NCBI RefSeq assembly: GCF_006345805.1 | Contig: NC_043000.1 | Span: forward strand, 105,772,001 to 105,836,000 | DNA from: Octopus sinensis | Lineage: Eukaryota | Length of the DNA stretch: 64,000 bases | Direction of reading: 5' to 3' | Part shown: positions 25,818 to 39,479 of the stretch, one piece after another | How the letters are laid out: the number at the start of each line of letters is the position of its first letter | How positions within the stretch are numbered: the stretch's first letter is position 1 | The notes under the pieces: model-generated | Databases searched by the model: none | What the model was told of the DNA's origin: nothing | The model's input: only the letters and a program-made list of their open reading frames with translations | Made by a program: the position numbers and the translations under genes

Positions 25818-27933
25818 CAGTGTTTCCCACACTTTTCGTGCCAAATTGCAATATTGCCCACCTATCGGCCAAAAAATACTCCATTGTCCACCTGTGTAAA
25901 AAAAACCCTGACACTACCCCACCAACACAAAATTCTTTAACCATGCCACCGTATCATTTGACACACACACTATATCGTAGACTCATTGCCCTGTTAGTGT
26001 CATTTGTACTAAATATGCGGTTGTTTACAAATCCTTTATTGTGGGTTTAGTTTTTCCATTAGTATCAATAAAAGTCTGACATTAACTCTATATTTTTCAG
26101 ACAGATTAACCTCTGGAAACTTGCGCTTTCTTTTACACTGATCGACCTCAAATGGATTGATATACTAATTTGGAATATTCAGCGCAATAACATCTTGAAA
26201 TCGCTCCACCATGTTATTGTAAATAGCTGTGATATGTAGTTAAATCCTCATCAACTAATTCATCTTTCAAAGAATCAAGTTTTGAAATGTTAGTCTTATA
26301 CAACACAAATTTCGAAATGAAGGTAGTGATAAATGATTTACTATCAATTTACAAACAGATTTACTATCTGTTTCCTTGTAAAAACTTATTCAAATCTTTT
26401 AATATTGTGAGTATATCACAAAGAAAAAAGACAGCGCATCTTGCAGCCATCAATGAAGCGGATAGTGGAGTATCTTTAAAGAAAGATATGATTATATGAA
26501 ATAGTACAACAAGGCGCAAAACAGAGTTTCCTTTTGACAGTCACTACACTACAGTATGGTATAAGAGCTTAATATGGCCCTCATCATTTCTCAGATAGAA
26601 CGCTGGAGAATATTAATGAGCTGATGTTTGACATTGATGGCCATTTCATCGATGCTTCGAGAAATTCTGTTATTACTAAGTGGGATCTTCTTCATAATGT
26701 TATCAGGTTTTTTGTGCATAACGGTGGACAAAATCGCTTTGATAACTGGCCGAAGTAATGTTTTTCCAATAGTGTGAAACTTCCCAGACTTAGCAACAAG
26801 CAATGCAATGTTGTACGATGCAATCAACCCGTCATTCTCCTGTTTATTAGTTTACTGGAATAGTGTGTTGAATGTATTTACTTTTTGAAAGAGTAGCTCA
26901 GTTGCAAAAAGTATGATAATCGCTTGTCCTTGTCAGAATGCTTTGCATCAAAGTGATACTTCAAGTGTGAAGGTTTCATTGCTTTGTTGGTCAATGTCTG
27001 AAGGCAAAGAAGGCACATTGGTAACTGACAGTTCTGAGGAGAGGGAATAAATCCAAACAATAAATAATCACTACTCTACTGCTGACAAATTTCTTTGACT
27101 GGAGGCATCAGTAAAGTGAAGATGTGAAAATGAATTTCTACAGATGGCATCAGAAAGGCAGTGTGGTATTCCCAAAGAGAAGTCGATAGAGCAGAGTTAG
27201 ATGATACGTCTTTACTGGAGCAAATACGGATCTAGTTTGTTTGGCTACCAGTATTTCAAAAATTAAAGTTTATCGAAAATTTTAAAATTTAGCACATTAA
27301 TATACCTTTCTAAGCTAAATTGCTGGAGTTATTCAACTTTTGCCAGAAAAATGTTTTTAAAAAGTTATATAGGTTTAAAATTTGACCATTTTCACCCAGT
27401 CAAGAAATACAATTTCAAAGCTGTCATTTTGTGTGTGACTGCACATTTTGTCAACATCCTGAAATTAGCACTTGTGTTTTGATATGAAACCACAGAATTA
27501 TGACATATAACCCCCTCATAACTTTTTTATTTTTTGGAGTTTCTGGGAAATTTTTGCAAATTTGAATTCTACAACACGGGGCTTCATACGATTGTGCCGA
27601 AAAAAAAAAAAAAATTGTAGTGGACTGTGATCCAAGGCCTGGGTATATTTGGCTGCTATTTTTAGCATGCATGACAACCATCTCAATGACTGTGACAAAA
27701 ATATTCAATCGATAAACAAGTTGGCGTTTTTAATACAAAGGAACGCCTCCTGCGAGTACATCCTTATTCTAGGCATGCCTAGATATCAGTAAATGTGGAC
27801 TTAATTTCTAAAAATTCATTGTCACCCACAAAATGTTCATATCGCACGCCAAAATCTCAAATCACTCACTATTTTCTAGAAATTTGCCCATCGCCCACCT
27901 GTAAGTTGAAATTGCCCACTTTGGGAAGCTATG
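25818..27933 (-). mobile_element. hAT transposon of the Buster/Charlie family, internally deleted and pseudogenised
   Basis: TIRs CAGTGTTTCCCA / CATAGCTTCCCA and a perfect 8-bp TSD AGATAAAA (central TA) at 25810-25817 and 27934-27941. Transposase fragments FGFIPSP...PMCLLC...MKPSHLKYHF..KH (BED zinc finger) and ASYNIALLVAKSGKFHTIG..L..P...IPLSNN.ISR.IDEMA. Confidence 0.92.
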
Positions 27934-29658
27934 AGATAAAAAGTTAAGTAATTTATAAGAAATAGTAGACATGCTATTTGGAATAATACTAATTTTTTTT
28001 TTTTTTTAACAATACTAGGTACTAAATGTATAGAGCAAAACAGTACAGAATCAGCCACAATATATACTATACAATTATTTTAGTACTGCAAGAAGGATAA
28101 AAAGTAAAGCTGAGATTGAATTCAGAAGATACAAATAAAACTAGATACTGCAAGCATTTACAACCTAATCAAATTATAAATTCAGATTGTAAAGGAGAAA
28201 AAATCAGTTAGTGAACTTTATACATAAGATTCAGGGTCTTTCTTTCCATTCAAATCTATTGAAAACTCCAGATTATGTAAATTTCAATGCTTATTGTGCA
28301 AACATTTATAAATTGCAATACTTTTTCTTTCTACTTGTGTATGTAATATTTCTATTTCATTCTTTGTTTAAAACTAAAAATTGCATCTTATTCTCCTTTT
28401 TCTCATAATACCAATTTAGCTCACTCAAAGAATAATTTGCAAATGTTAGCTAGTTTATACAGAAAATTCTACAGCATGCTTAAGGCAAGCAGCTAGTTAG
28501 TTACACGGAAAATTTCATCATTACCCATTTGATACTTTGCTCTTTTAATGATAGTTATTACACATCCTAAACTGACCAATTATCAACCTGTAATTAATCT
28601 ATCAGAATAGAGATATATCTAGAAGCTGCGCCATTGTAATTTCTCAGGAATTAGTTTGATTTAATAGCTAATCCATTGTTTAAGTTTTAAAAGTTCATGG
28701 ATTCAAATGACCTGGTTTAACCTTTATCTATACGTATTTATCTATGTATGTGTATATGTAGGAAGGGGAGGGGATAATACAAGGTAAAAAAGACTTCCAG
28801 TTTAGAGGAAACAACTGCCATTTTAGTGAAGTCAACTTTTGTAAATCAAAAAATTATAATAATGTAGACAGATAAATACATGAGGCTAAACATACTTCAC
28901 ATTTTTCGTCAATGCTTGGCTTAAAGCCACATTTAAGAGTATAGGTCTAAGAACTACTATCAGGAAAATTTAAGTGACTTAGACCCCTCGATTAAAGAAA
29001 GCAAGTGATGCCTTGTTTCAGTATTTTTAATTTATTCATCCTTGAATTTGTTAATTCTTCTACATTCTTATTTAGGTGACATCTTATGCGGAAAGTCATT
29101 TAAACAAAAATGTCTTTCAGAGTACATTGTTGTGGCTTGAGTGGTTTAAACTGTTAACATTAACCAATGTCTAGAAATATGAGCCTGTTTATTTCAGTCT
29201 AACTAGGTAGAAATAGTTTCAAACTCACAACAGAACACATTCATGAAACTGAGGCAAATAGCCAAAAGTACAAAGTCAAATACTGATATTTGCTAGAGAC
29301 CTTTTGTTGTTTCTTTGAGCAGGATACTTAGTATATCTTGTCTTATGAATTAATTGCAAATATTTTAATGTAAATGATATTAGACATCATAAGCACCAAT
29401 GAAACAGAAACAAGAAAAACAATGATGCAGTCTGTCACCTGGCAAGCAACAGATACTTGATTTGCAGTTCTTTTCTGTCTTATATGAATTCCTAGCTGTT
29501 TGGAATAGGCACTGAATTACTTGAAAATGATATCTATGTTAGAGAAGACTCATTTAAAGCCACTGATCATAGAGATATTTATCACCACAGCCATTTACAA
29601 TAAATAAAGCACACTCTATAACTAAAATGCATTAAATTACACACACACACACAATTAT

Positions 29659-29850
29659 GAGGAGGTGCTGAAAAGTTCCTGGCTTTGGGTAAAAGAAAAT
29701 ACAGGAGGATCAGTTATTTTATTCAACATATTCCCTGCTCAGATTCACACACTTATTGCAGTGGTCCTTCAGTTTTTCTAAACCCTGTAAAAGATCTTGG
29801 AAAGCTGGGCGTCCAACCAAGCTTTTCATACCTTTAAAGCCAGGAGCTCA
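29659..29850 (-). mobile_element. Mariner 3' end fragment
   Basis: TIR-like GAGGAGGTGCTGAAAAGTTCCTGG; reverse strand ends KCVNLSREYVE*. Confidence 0.6.
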
Positions 29851-30309
29851 TATATCTTCATCATCATTTTAACATCCACTTTTCCATGCATACATGGGTT
29901 AGAATTTTTTCCTGTCACCAACCCATACCCAATTACCCCATGGTTAGACATATTTTTGCAGACATTCATTTACTGTAATCATACACACACACACATATAT
30001 ATATTCAATAGGCTTCTTTCAGTTTCTATCTACCAAATCCATCCACAAGATTTTGGCTGGTCTAGGGCTATAGTAGAAGACACTTGCTTAGGGAGTGTGC
30101 ATGCAGGGGAATTGAACACTTGTGAAGTAAACTTCCTAACCACACAACTACACCTGCACCAATTGTATATTATATAATATTTATTATTTCCATTAACAAC
30201 TCTTTAGATCTTTGTTACCCTCAACTATTTCCCTCTTTCATGTTCTCTTCCTCTCACATCCTTCATCCATACCTGCACCCCTTCACTAATAGTCCACCTA
30301 TCTTTTTTG

Positions 30310-31022
30310 TACCATGGACCAGTGGGTCATGTGCATAAAAAAAAAGCACAATAAAGTGCATAATTTAACTATTTAATGGATAATATAGATATGCAAAAAT
30401 ACCCAGCAGATTGCGATAATCAATAAAATAGAAACAGACACAATCCTTGCAATGGAAACACCCCTCCTTACCTGCTCCAAAGAAGGCGAAGGTCATTTCA
30501 TCTACAGGGAAGATGATGGCCTCATTGAGATGTAAAAGGCATTGTGTTTACTAACTACCTTCAAAAGAGCCATACCATCAATGGAGAAGGCTATGTCTAC
30601 TTGCTGAGGCATTTACAAAAGGCTATCAAGACCAAGTGCCGAGAAAACAGAGAAAAGGGGTCTTGCTCCACCAGGACAGTGCTACAAAACAAATCCTTGC
30701 TTTCAATGGCAGTGGCTTTGAACTGTTTGACGATGATCATCATCATCACTCTCACTATTTTCTTGATTTAGGCCCCATCAGTTCACCAACATGAAAAAAC
30801 ACTTGGCTGAGAACCAGTATTACAGTGATTGATGACATCATATCTGCTGCTGGTGATGTTTTTGACCAACAGAATGAAAGCTTCTTCAATATTATTCAAG
30901 CACTGAAACATTGATGGAAGAAATTTGTGGACTACAAGGGAGGACTAAGTTGAAAAATAAACTTCATTTGTTCATATTCCATGAGTATCTTCATCAGCCT
31001 ATGAATTTTTTAGCTGATCCTC
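30310..31022 (+). mobile_element. Decayed mariner (DD34D-type) transposase remnant
   Basis: PAPKKAKVISSTGKMMAS...GIVFTNYLQKSHTINGE.Y..LL..L..AIK.K; 3' TIR-like end at about 31000-31022; multiple stops and frameshifts. Confidence 0.75.
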
Positions 31023-31927
31023 ATAAAGCTTAAATACTGACAATGTTTTGTGTTTCTTACACACACAAAACAACTTTCTTCTAGTTTCCGTCAATCAAGC
31101 TCACTCACAAGGTTCTTGTTGGCCCGCAGTGAGACTGAACGCAAAACCATATGGTTAGGAATGAACTCCTTTTATGCCTGCATCTATTATTAATGTGTGT
31201 GCATGTGTATGTATACTGTACTTTGATCTTATCCACACACATTCATACATATACACATTTTTATAGGTCCAGTTATGGCTATGTAGTTAATAAGTTTACG
31301 TCTCAACCATGTGGGTTTGAGTTCAGTCATACTGTGACACCTTGTACAAGCATCTACAAAACCCTAGCTAACTAAACTCTGTACCAGTTGTGTACACACA
31401 CCCACATGTGTACACAACAGGTATCTTGGGAGTAGACACACATCACACACTTCTCTTTGTTCTGACATCATACAATAGTTGTCATCATATGAAGAATATT
31501 GTTTCTTTTTTCAATCTAACTTAAAAACAGTCCAGCCATGGGGAATAATTGTTACCTTACTTGAAAAAGACAAGGGTTAGCAACAAGGATAGTATTTGGC
31601 AGTAGAAAATCTGATTCAATAAATTGTCTGACATGTGCAAGCATAGAAAAGCGGGCGTTAAAACAAATCAACAATGCAAAAGGTAAAGAAGCTAAGCAGA
31701 ATACCTCCACTGCATCTGATTTGTTGTCTCACGTTCCAGAGTTCACAGCTTGCCATGTTCAAATTTGTCCATGTCTGTACTGGTAAAAAAAATATAAATT
31801 AGCCCCAGTTTCATTTACAATACTGGACAAAGGTAAATGTGGGGAGAGGGAGCTTTGTTTTGGTATCTGTTAATGCAAGCACTGGTATTTATGCAGTCTT
31901 TTCATGTTACCTTTTTTCAAATTTGCT

Positions 31928-32197
31928 TAACTGTGTAGTTAAGTTCACTTCCCAACCACATGACCTTGGGTTCAGTCCCACTGCAAGGCAACTTGGACAA
32001 GTGACTTCTACTATAGCCCTAGGCTGACCAAAGCTTTGAGTGGATTTGGGAAATGGAAACTGAAACAAGCTGATCACATGCAAATGTGTGTTCATGTCTC
32101 CTTCTCTTGACATTGTGTGATAGTTGTAAATGAGTGTCACTGTTATACAAGCAGAATCATTCATTTCCCATAGTTTGTGAAAACATATCTGGCCACC
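31928..32197 (+). mobile_element. tRNA-derived SINE inserted into the left arm of an inverted duplication
   Basis: TTCCCAACCACATG..GGGTTCAGTCCCACTGC...CTACTATAGCC...GGAAACTGAAA family signature. Confidence 0.75.
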
Positions 32198-32709
32198 TAT
32201 TACACAATGAAAGGCTGTAGTAGGACGTTTGTCAACTAGATAAACTGAAACAGCAATCCAGCTTAATTAAAGACACACACATACCATGATTACAATTACA
32301 TTTGAATTCACAACAATGTAGTCAAAAGTCAAATACACTGATCTCACATCAAGCCTGAATAGTGACTATTGCATTTAAAATAAGTATATTCTATGTAATT
32401 TCAATGTTTTCCAGACATGTCAAAAGTAAATAGCCATCATTTTTGATAGATTCTTTTCTCGAAAGAAAATGTTACTTGATGCATTTTAAATACTTAATCT
32501 AGTATTTAGTAGAGATGCCTTGTGCATAATACGTTTAACACATTTGAAACACCAAGTAGGGTTCATACAGATAAAATGGTATAATGCGGAATGCCTATTT
32601 ACTATATATATTTATGTATTTACATATATATGTATGTACCTCTTGTCTTAACATCATGTGATGATTGTGAACAAGCATCAATGTCACACAAGCAATGTTG
32701 TTTGTTTCT

Positions 32710-33880
32710 GGTCTCCCATGAAAAATTTGCTTCCAGTATTATTTGAATTAACATATAAAAATTTTTTTATTAAAGTGTTTTATGGTTTTTATTTTTGGAG
32801 TTGTTTTTCTATACTTTCTCCACAACTTTTGTTTATGGTATTTGAAATTTGAATAAATTTTACTTTTTCCAGACCTGACAAGTAGAAAAATAGTGAACAT
32901 TTTTGACACCTGCTTCTCTTCGCTTTCAACCGAGGTCCCAAAACTGTTTGACACATTTGTGCAGTGTATGGAAAAAGTGCTATTACCAAAAGAACTGCAC
33001 AGAATGGTATTTGCACTTCAAGAAGAGAAAATTTGATTTCAGACTCTCTCCATTCAGTTCAAAGAAGATTGATTGAATGAACCACCCAAATACTTGGGTG
33101 TTCACCCAGCAGATGGGATGCTCTCATGATACTGTTGCCCATCTGATTCACTCAATGGATAAGGTCCAAAAACTTGGTGCATGATGCCAGATGCCCTAAA
33201 CAAAAGAAACAAACTCCAGTGCTGCTCCATTGTAGATACTTTGCTTCACACCAGGTTACTTGTGGACAGAGATTTATTTACCACATCATTATCATCAATG
33301 AAAAATTGTCTTGAAAACAATATGAAGCAGAGGAAAGAATGACTGAGTCCCAACAAGTAAGGAGCAACTCAAGCTATAACAGAGCTACATTCCTGCAAGA
33401 CAATGATTTGTGTGGAGTGGAATTGGGAAAGACTAATCCACTACAAAATGCTTGAAAACAAGGTCAGTGCAGAGTTTTACGTTCACAAAATGCACCAGCT
33501 CAACATGGGAATCCAACTGAAACAACCTGACCAGCAACACTGCATGCTTCTTCAACACAATGCTTGACTTACATTGCTAACTTGACCAAAAATGCTATTC
33601 AAGGGCTTAGCTAGGAAGTTCTATCACATATATTCTTCTAAAATAGTGCCTTTAGATTTTCCACTATTGTTGGTTTCTATCCAACAGTTTGTGAGACATT
33701 TTGTTCAATAATATGGGGCTGAAAACATGGCTTCATGAATACTTCAAGAGAAGACCTGGTGATTTCTACTGTCATGGCATTGACAAGAAGTGAACAATGG
33801 AGGACAACATATCAATAGATTTGTTAAAACTATTGATGAAAAATAAGGATTAAAAGAAATGCCCATTTCTTTGTGTTTGC
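32710..33880 (+). mobile_element. Near full-length decayed mariner transposon
   Basis: EHF.HLLLFAFNRG, ICAVYGKSAITKRTAQ, KVQKLGA(W).P.AL, KTMICV.WNW..LIHY.ML, LLQHNA..HIA.LTK motifs with many disablements. Confidence 0.8.
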
Positions 33881-33932
33881 TTTTGTATCATCTATCTGTG
33901 CGGATGTTCCATCTAATATATACATATACATA

Positions 33933-34811
33933 CAGGGTGTTCCAGAAGTCTTGGGCACATTTCAAGCCCTCATATCTGCTGGACTATGATTGGTAGTAAG
34001 ATGAAACTGGTACCATTTTAAAGCTAAATTCATTAATTTTTTTGTAATGCTAACGATTTTTTCAGGTCCAGTAATGGCGTTCATTCAACCAGAAAAGGTG
34101 TTGCGTCCTTGAATTTGCAAAAACTGAATCATGGACACTTGTTCAACATGCATTTTGCACAAAATTCCGAAAAGAGGCACCAGAAAGGAAGTTTATATTG
34201 AGATGGTATGGTAAATTCATGAAGGATGGGTGTTTGTGTCCAGCTAAGAGAACGGGACATGCCTCAACTTCAGATGATACGCTTGAGCGAGTTCGAACTG
34301 TCTTCGAGCGGAGCCCCCATAAATCAATCAGAAAAGCCAGTATGGACTTCATTTTCGAACATGATGGAGTGTCACCGCACTGGAGACTCAGGGTTAGACA
34401 GTATCTGAACACAACACGGCCAGACAGATGGATTGGACAGTCAGGGTGAGATGATCTCCTTCTCATGCCCTGGCCTCCAGATCTCACACCCTGCGATTTC
34501 TTTTTGCGGGCGTTTGTGAAAGGACTGGTCTATGTGCCTCCCCTTCCAAAAGACGTGAATGAACTGAAGGCCTGAATAATGAAAGCTGTTGCAATCATCG
34601 ACAACGCAATGCTGGAACGCATTTGGCAAGAATTGAACTATCAGCTTTATGTGCCGTGTGACTAACGGTGCTCACATTGAATATCTTTGAACATTCCATA
34701 AAAAAACTTGAAATTGCAGGCTTTCAGAATATATCAGATGCGTTTTTATGTCCTTAATAGATTTCGAGATATTCAATGTCAAAATGTGCCCAAGACTTCA
34801 GGGACACCCTG
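33933..34811 (+). mobile_element. Tc1/mariner-superfamily element (rosa/DD41D-like), internally deleted
   Basis: 30-bp TIRs CAGGGTGTTCCAGAAGTCTTGGGCACATTT with 2 mismatches and TA on both flanks. HTH region fused directly to FEHDGVSPHW...RWIG...WPP-DLTPCDFFL...NGAHIE. Confidence 0.92.
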
Positions 34812-34820
34812 TATATATAT

Positions 34821-35190
34821 GCACAGGAGTGGGCGAGTGGTAGGAAGCTTGCTTCCCAACCACATGGTTCTGGGTTCAGTGTGACACCTTGGGCAAGTGT
34901 CTTCTACTATAGCTTTGCCTTAGGCCAACCAAAGCCTTGTGAGTGGATTTGGTAGATGGAAACTGAAAGAAGCCTGTCGTATATATATGTGTATATCCCC
35001 TACAATCATCTTGACAATCGAAGTCGGTGTGTTTACGTCCCTGTAACTTAGTGTTTCTGCAAAAGAGACAGACAGAATAAGCATCAGGCTTATAAAGAAT
35101 AAATCCTGGGGTCGATTTGTTCGACTAAAGGTGGTGTGGTCCAGCATGGCTGCTGTCAAATTAGTGAAACAAGTAAAAGAATAAGAGAAT
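34821..35190 (+). mobile_element. tRNA-derived SINE, near full length
   Basis: A/B-box-like head, CCTTGGGCAAGTGTCTTCTACTATAGC core and GAAACAAGTAAAAGAATAA tail. Confidence 0.8.
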
Positions 35191-35769
35191 ATATATTAAA
35201 TTTTTTCCACTTGGAAAACAGAGAGATCGAAAATAAAGAATATTCATTATTCTAAATGCAATTAAATTATTTTGGAGAATTCAAATTTACATAGAATAAA
35301 AGAGAAGAGTCACTATTTAGGTTTGATATAAGAGCAATGTATTTCATTATTGACTACATTGTTGTAAATTCAAATCTAATTGTATTAATTATGTTTGTTG
35401 TCCTTAATTAAGGTGGATTGCTGTTTCAGCTTATCTAGTTGACAAAAGCATCCTATTACAGGCATCGATTGGGTAAATGGCATACAATATTATAAAAATT
35501 TCAAATTTGAAAACAAAGTGACAAAAAGAAAAAAAACCCTGTCCAAATACCGGTGCTCGCATTAACAGATGCCAAAACAAGCTATCTCCCCACCCCCACT
35601 TTTGTTCAGTTTTGTAATGAGACTGAGTCTAATTCATATATCGTTTTTCTTTCTCAATACGGGTATGAGCAAAGTCGAACATAGTAAGCTGTGAACTCTG
35701 GAACGTGAGACAACAAATCAGATGCAGTGAAGGTATTCAGCTTAGCTTCTTTATTTTTCGCATTGTTGA

Positions 35770-36720
35770 TTAAAAAGCCCCGGCGCGAGCACAGCCAAAT
35801 TGTTGAAACCGAAACCAAAAAAAAAATAAAAACATTAAAAATTACATCTAAAATGGTGGGAGATTTTCAACAGTAAATTGACAAAAGTAGATATTATGAT
35901 GTATAACCGTACACCAAGTTCTAGTATGTTTGTATTGGAAATACAGAGCAAAAGAAAATCAAAATGATGGCGTTGAAGCTATTTTGCATTTGCTTTAAGA
36001 GGCGTAAGTAAAGCGATCCCAATCACGAATCGAAGCTGGTGAGCAAGGGTTTCAGTTGATCGTGATCTTGCGACCAAATTTACTGCGTCTCACACATTTG
36101 CAATACGCGTATTTTATATACATACATCAACGTGGGGGAGAGAGAGGGGGGTGACAAAGGTAAAGTGAAAATAGATCAGTATGGTGTGAAGAAAGAGCAG
36201 TAAATTAGAGATAGTTGTTGGCTTTTGTAAGAAAGTGTACAGCAGGGAGAATATATACAAGGTGTGTCGGGTGGTAGAAGTTTCGCGCGTGTGCTTAGGC
36301 GAGGAGGCAAGCAGCACATTAAAAAGCACCTCTAAAAGTTGTTTATCGGTCGGTTGCTATAAGAAACAGCTGGACGCCACCAACAATGAAAGATTTGGTT
36401 CTTCAGCCACAAGGAAGGGATGGGAGACACCGGCTTATTGTGAAGTGAAATAGAGAGATAGGGAGAAGTCAGTAGGGATTTTGAGGCAGTGGTGCTGGCG
36501 TAGCGTGCAAATACAGCTTAGAGCGGACAATAAAACAATGACTAAGTTAGGCACGCGCACCCGACACAGGAAAGAGAAAGTGGTTGACAAGAGCAGTCAA
36601 CTAGAGACAGGACAGCACGGATTACTGCCAAGGACGGTTTTACACATGGTTTACAACCACCAACTGCAACAATAAGCACATACATGCGAGCCAACGAGGG
36701 AGCTTCTATGCTGTCGATCG
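35770..36720. promoter_or_regulatory. Second CpG-rich unique segment inside intron 1 (enhancer or alternative promoter) with an X-box-like site
   Basis: Many CpG/GCGC words and GTTGCTATAAGAAAC at 36353-36367; no recognisable repeat. Confidence 0.4.
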
Positions 36721-39479
36721 GCTTTTTAAATATATATAGTAGCCAAATCACTCTTAAATCACATCCAATCATCCTTAACAGGAAAGAATATGTAAGATAA
36801 TGTACCGCGACCGTGTATGAAATTAAGCATGATAATTGAGTGGAAAGCCTTTGATCAAAGATCTGCTCAGTCAGAGCTTATCTACAACTAATCAACAACG
36901 TAAGCACAAACATATTGCACAGGTCACAAAAAGAGAGAGAAAAGAAGTACTATAATTTATATAATACAAAAACAATGTGTGCACGCGCGCAGAGAAGTCC
37001 TTTTCAACATTTTTTTTTGTGTGCCTTGCATGTAGAAACCAAACACGAGGATATCAATTAAGCACGCACGTGCACATACACACGCAGTGTCTCCATACAT
37101 GAGAATTAAGCTATAGCTAAACTAAGATCGGAATATTTGTTGTGCTTTACCTATCATCCTTTCGGGGTCGATAAAACAAGTACCAGTTACGCACTGAGGT
37201 CGATGTAATCGACTTAATCGCTTTGTCTGTCCTTGCTTGTCTCCTCTATGTTTAGTCCCCTGTGGGCAATAAAGAAATAAATATTTGCTGTGCTTTCCGC
37301 CAGATCACTAACTAATCTGGCTAGTCCGAGAGGGGGGATTTCTGGCGGGTTTAATAACGACTCGAAACCTGCATCTGCCCAAACTTGTACAGGATTGCAG
37401 ACCTTTGTCTGATGAGATTTAACGAAGTTTATTTATCTCGCAAGTGTATGTGTAAAATTTAGTTAAATAATAACAGTTGATGACTGCAACAGAAAGTTAG
37501 GTAATTAGGGTCATTGTTGACCAAAGCAAAGCGGAAAGAAAAAGAGAACACCTGGGCACTATAACATATGGACTTTGATAGCATGACAAGACCCATTCAC
37601 AATAGCAAGGAGCGGAATATATAGATACTTTGAAAAAATTAGAAAGAAAAAAAGCATATTAGCAAAAAATTAAGTTTGGAATAATGTGTGTATATATATA
37701 TATGCACCATTTTTCACATAAAAATAAAAGCCTTATGGTAGTATACATGTGTTTGTCTGGCACCATTTTTTAAGAATGTATATATATGTATGTATGTAAA
37801 GCATGCACGCAAGAACGAACAAGTTCGAACCTGTCTGAAAAGGACCTTAACTAGCTCGAACAAATGGTATTATCAACTATCTCCCACTCTCTCAGCAGCT
37901 GTCTGCCTGTCTCTTTAGCCCCCTCTCTAGCACCTTGTCTTTTAGGCAAACACCAAATCCCTTTGGCCAGTCATTAACCGACAATCAAAATGTCGATTAG
38001 GTTAGCAAAGGGAAAAAGAATAAAGAGGTCAGAACTGGAATATTAAAAGGAACGAACGAATACAATATTATCAAAAACACTGCTTATATCAATAAGTAAA
38101 CACTAGCATACTGGCAGTAATAGTAACAGTAGCGGTTGTAGTTGTAGCAATCGTAGTAGGTAGTAGTTATTATTGTGTAGCCCGAGGTCTGCTAGATTGA
38201 GCAGGAGGCCTATAATCAACGCGTTCCAGTCGTGCCAATTCCGTAATTTTTCAGAGCTAGTATATCTAGATTACACTATCCAATGTATCCTTCTTTTCCT
38301 TGAAAGACTGTAGAGAGGGGTTGGAGGGAAATTTAGCTGCTGTTTGTAGCAGGTCCGGCGACTGCATGCAGGCTCCCTTGTTGGCTTGACAGCAGTTGTA
38401 GCAACGATATTACTAGTAGTAATACTAACAGTTAAAAGCTTAGTTTATAGTAGTTGTCGTGATTGTAATTCGTAACACACTCACACACACATATATATAT
38501 ATAAAGATAAGAGAGAGACTAATATCTATATATGCGTATGTGTGTGACTGGCTCTCCGTGAGTGGAATAGTTGTCGGTCGCCATCAGTTGCCGATGAGAT
38601 TAGAAAGGGACTTCGCATCCTCTTAAGGTGTGTGTATGATCTTCTATGTGCAAGTACATGTGTAAGCAACAACAGTGCGGGCGTGCACTTTCAACAATTG
38701 TTGCTGATAATCACACCAGATGCTGGTCACACACACACACATGTATGTATCTATATATATATATATATATATATATAGCGAGAATTTACAAAAAACAAAA
38801 GACGAAGACGGGTATGTAAACAACACAGATATATTAGTTTATATATATATATACACATACATTCACACACATACGTACGTATATATGCATGTATGTATAT
38901 AGAGGCTTGGGCCAGTTAGAAAAAGAGAAGGAATCGTGGCTACCAAACTACTACGAACACCATCTAAACATGTTCCCTCTCTTCCACAGCACAACACCAA
39001 CAAGGATCTTCAATAATTCTTTGTAAAGATCTCTGATTAGTCAATCATACGAAATCCTTATGCTCTTCGAAAATCAATTACATTATAAACAAACGAGATA
39101 TCTTTGTCAAAAAGAAGAAATCACATCACAGATGGGAGAAGAGGACAAGTGAGTGTATCACTGCAAAAATAAATAAAAGGACACCTGTGTGTATGTGTAA
39201 GATGGAGTAATGTGTGCGCGCACGTGTCTCTATTATGTGTTCAATAATGAAAATAGTCAAAGAGAAACAAGAGTATATATGATATGTGCATGCGTGATTT
39301 TTTAAAACATTTGGTGTGAAATTTTAGAATTGCAGAAAGAATGGAAATGAGAATCCGTGACATTCATGCACTCCCCAAGCAGTCATTGGAGCTGTTAAGG
39401 GTGACTGATTAGATGCAGAGCCAGATGTGTAGTGTTGCATTATAGTGTTTGTTGCTTTGGACAGGTCTAAGAAGAGTGG

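Noticed and set aside
37410-37435. CTGATGA...CGAAG hammerhead-like words
   Set aside because: No stem II pairing and GAAG instead of GAAA.
38778-38842. Short repeat fragment also present inverted at 45945-46030
   Set aside because: Dispersed repeat remnant in (TA)n tracts; no ribozyme core or coding signal remains in either copy.
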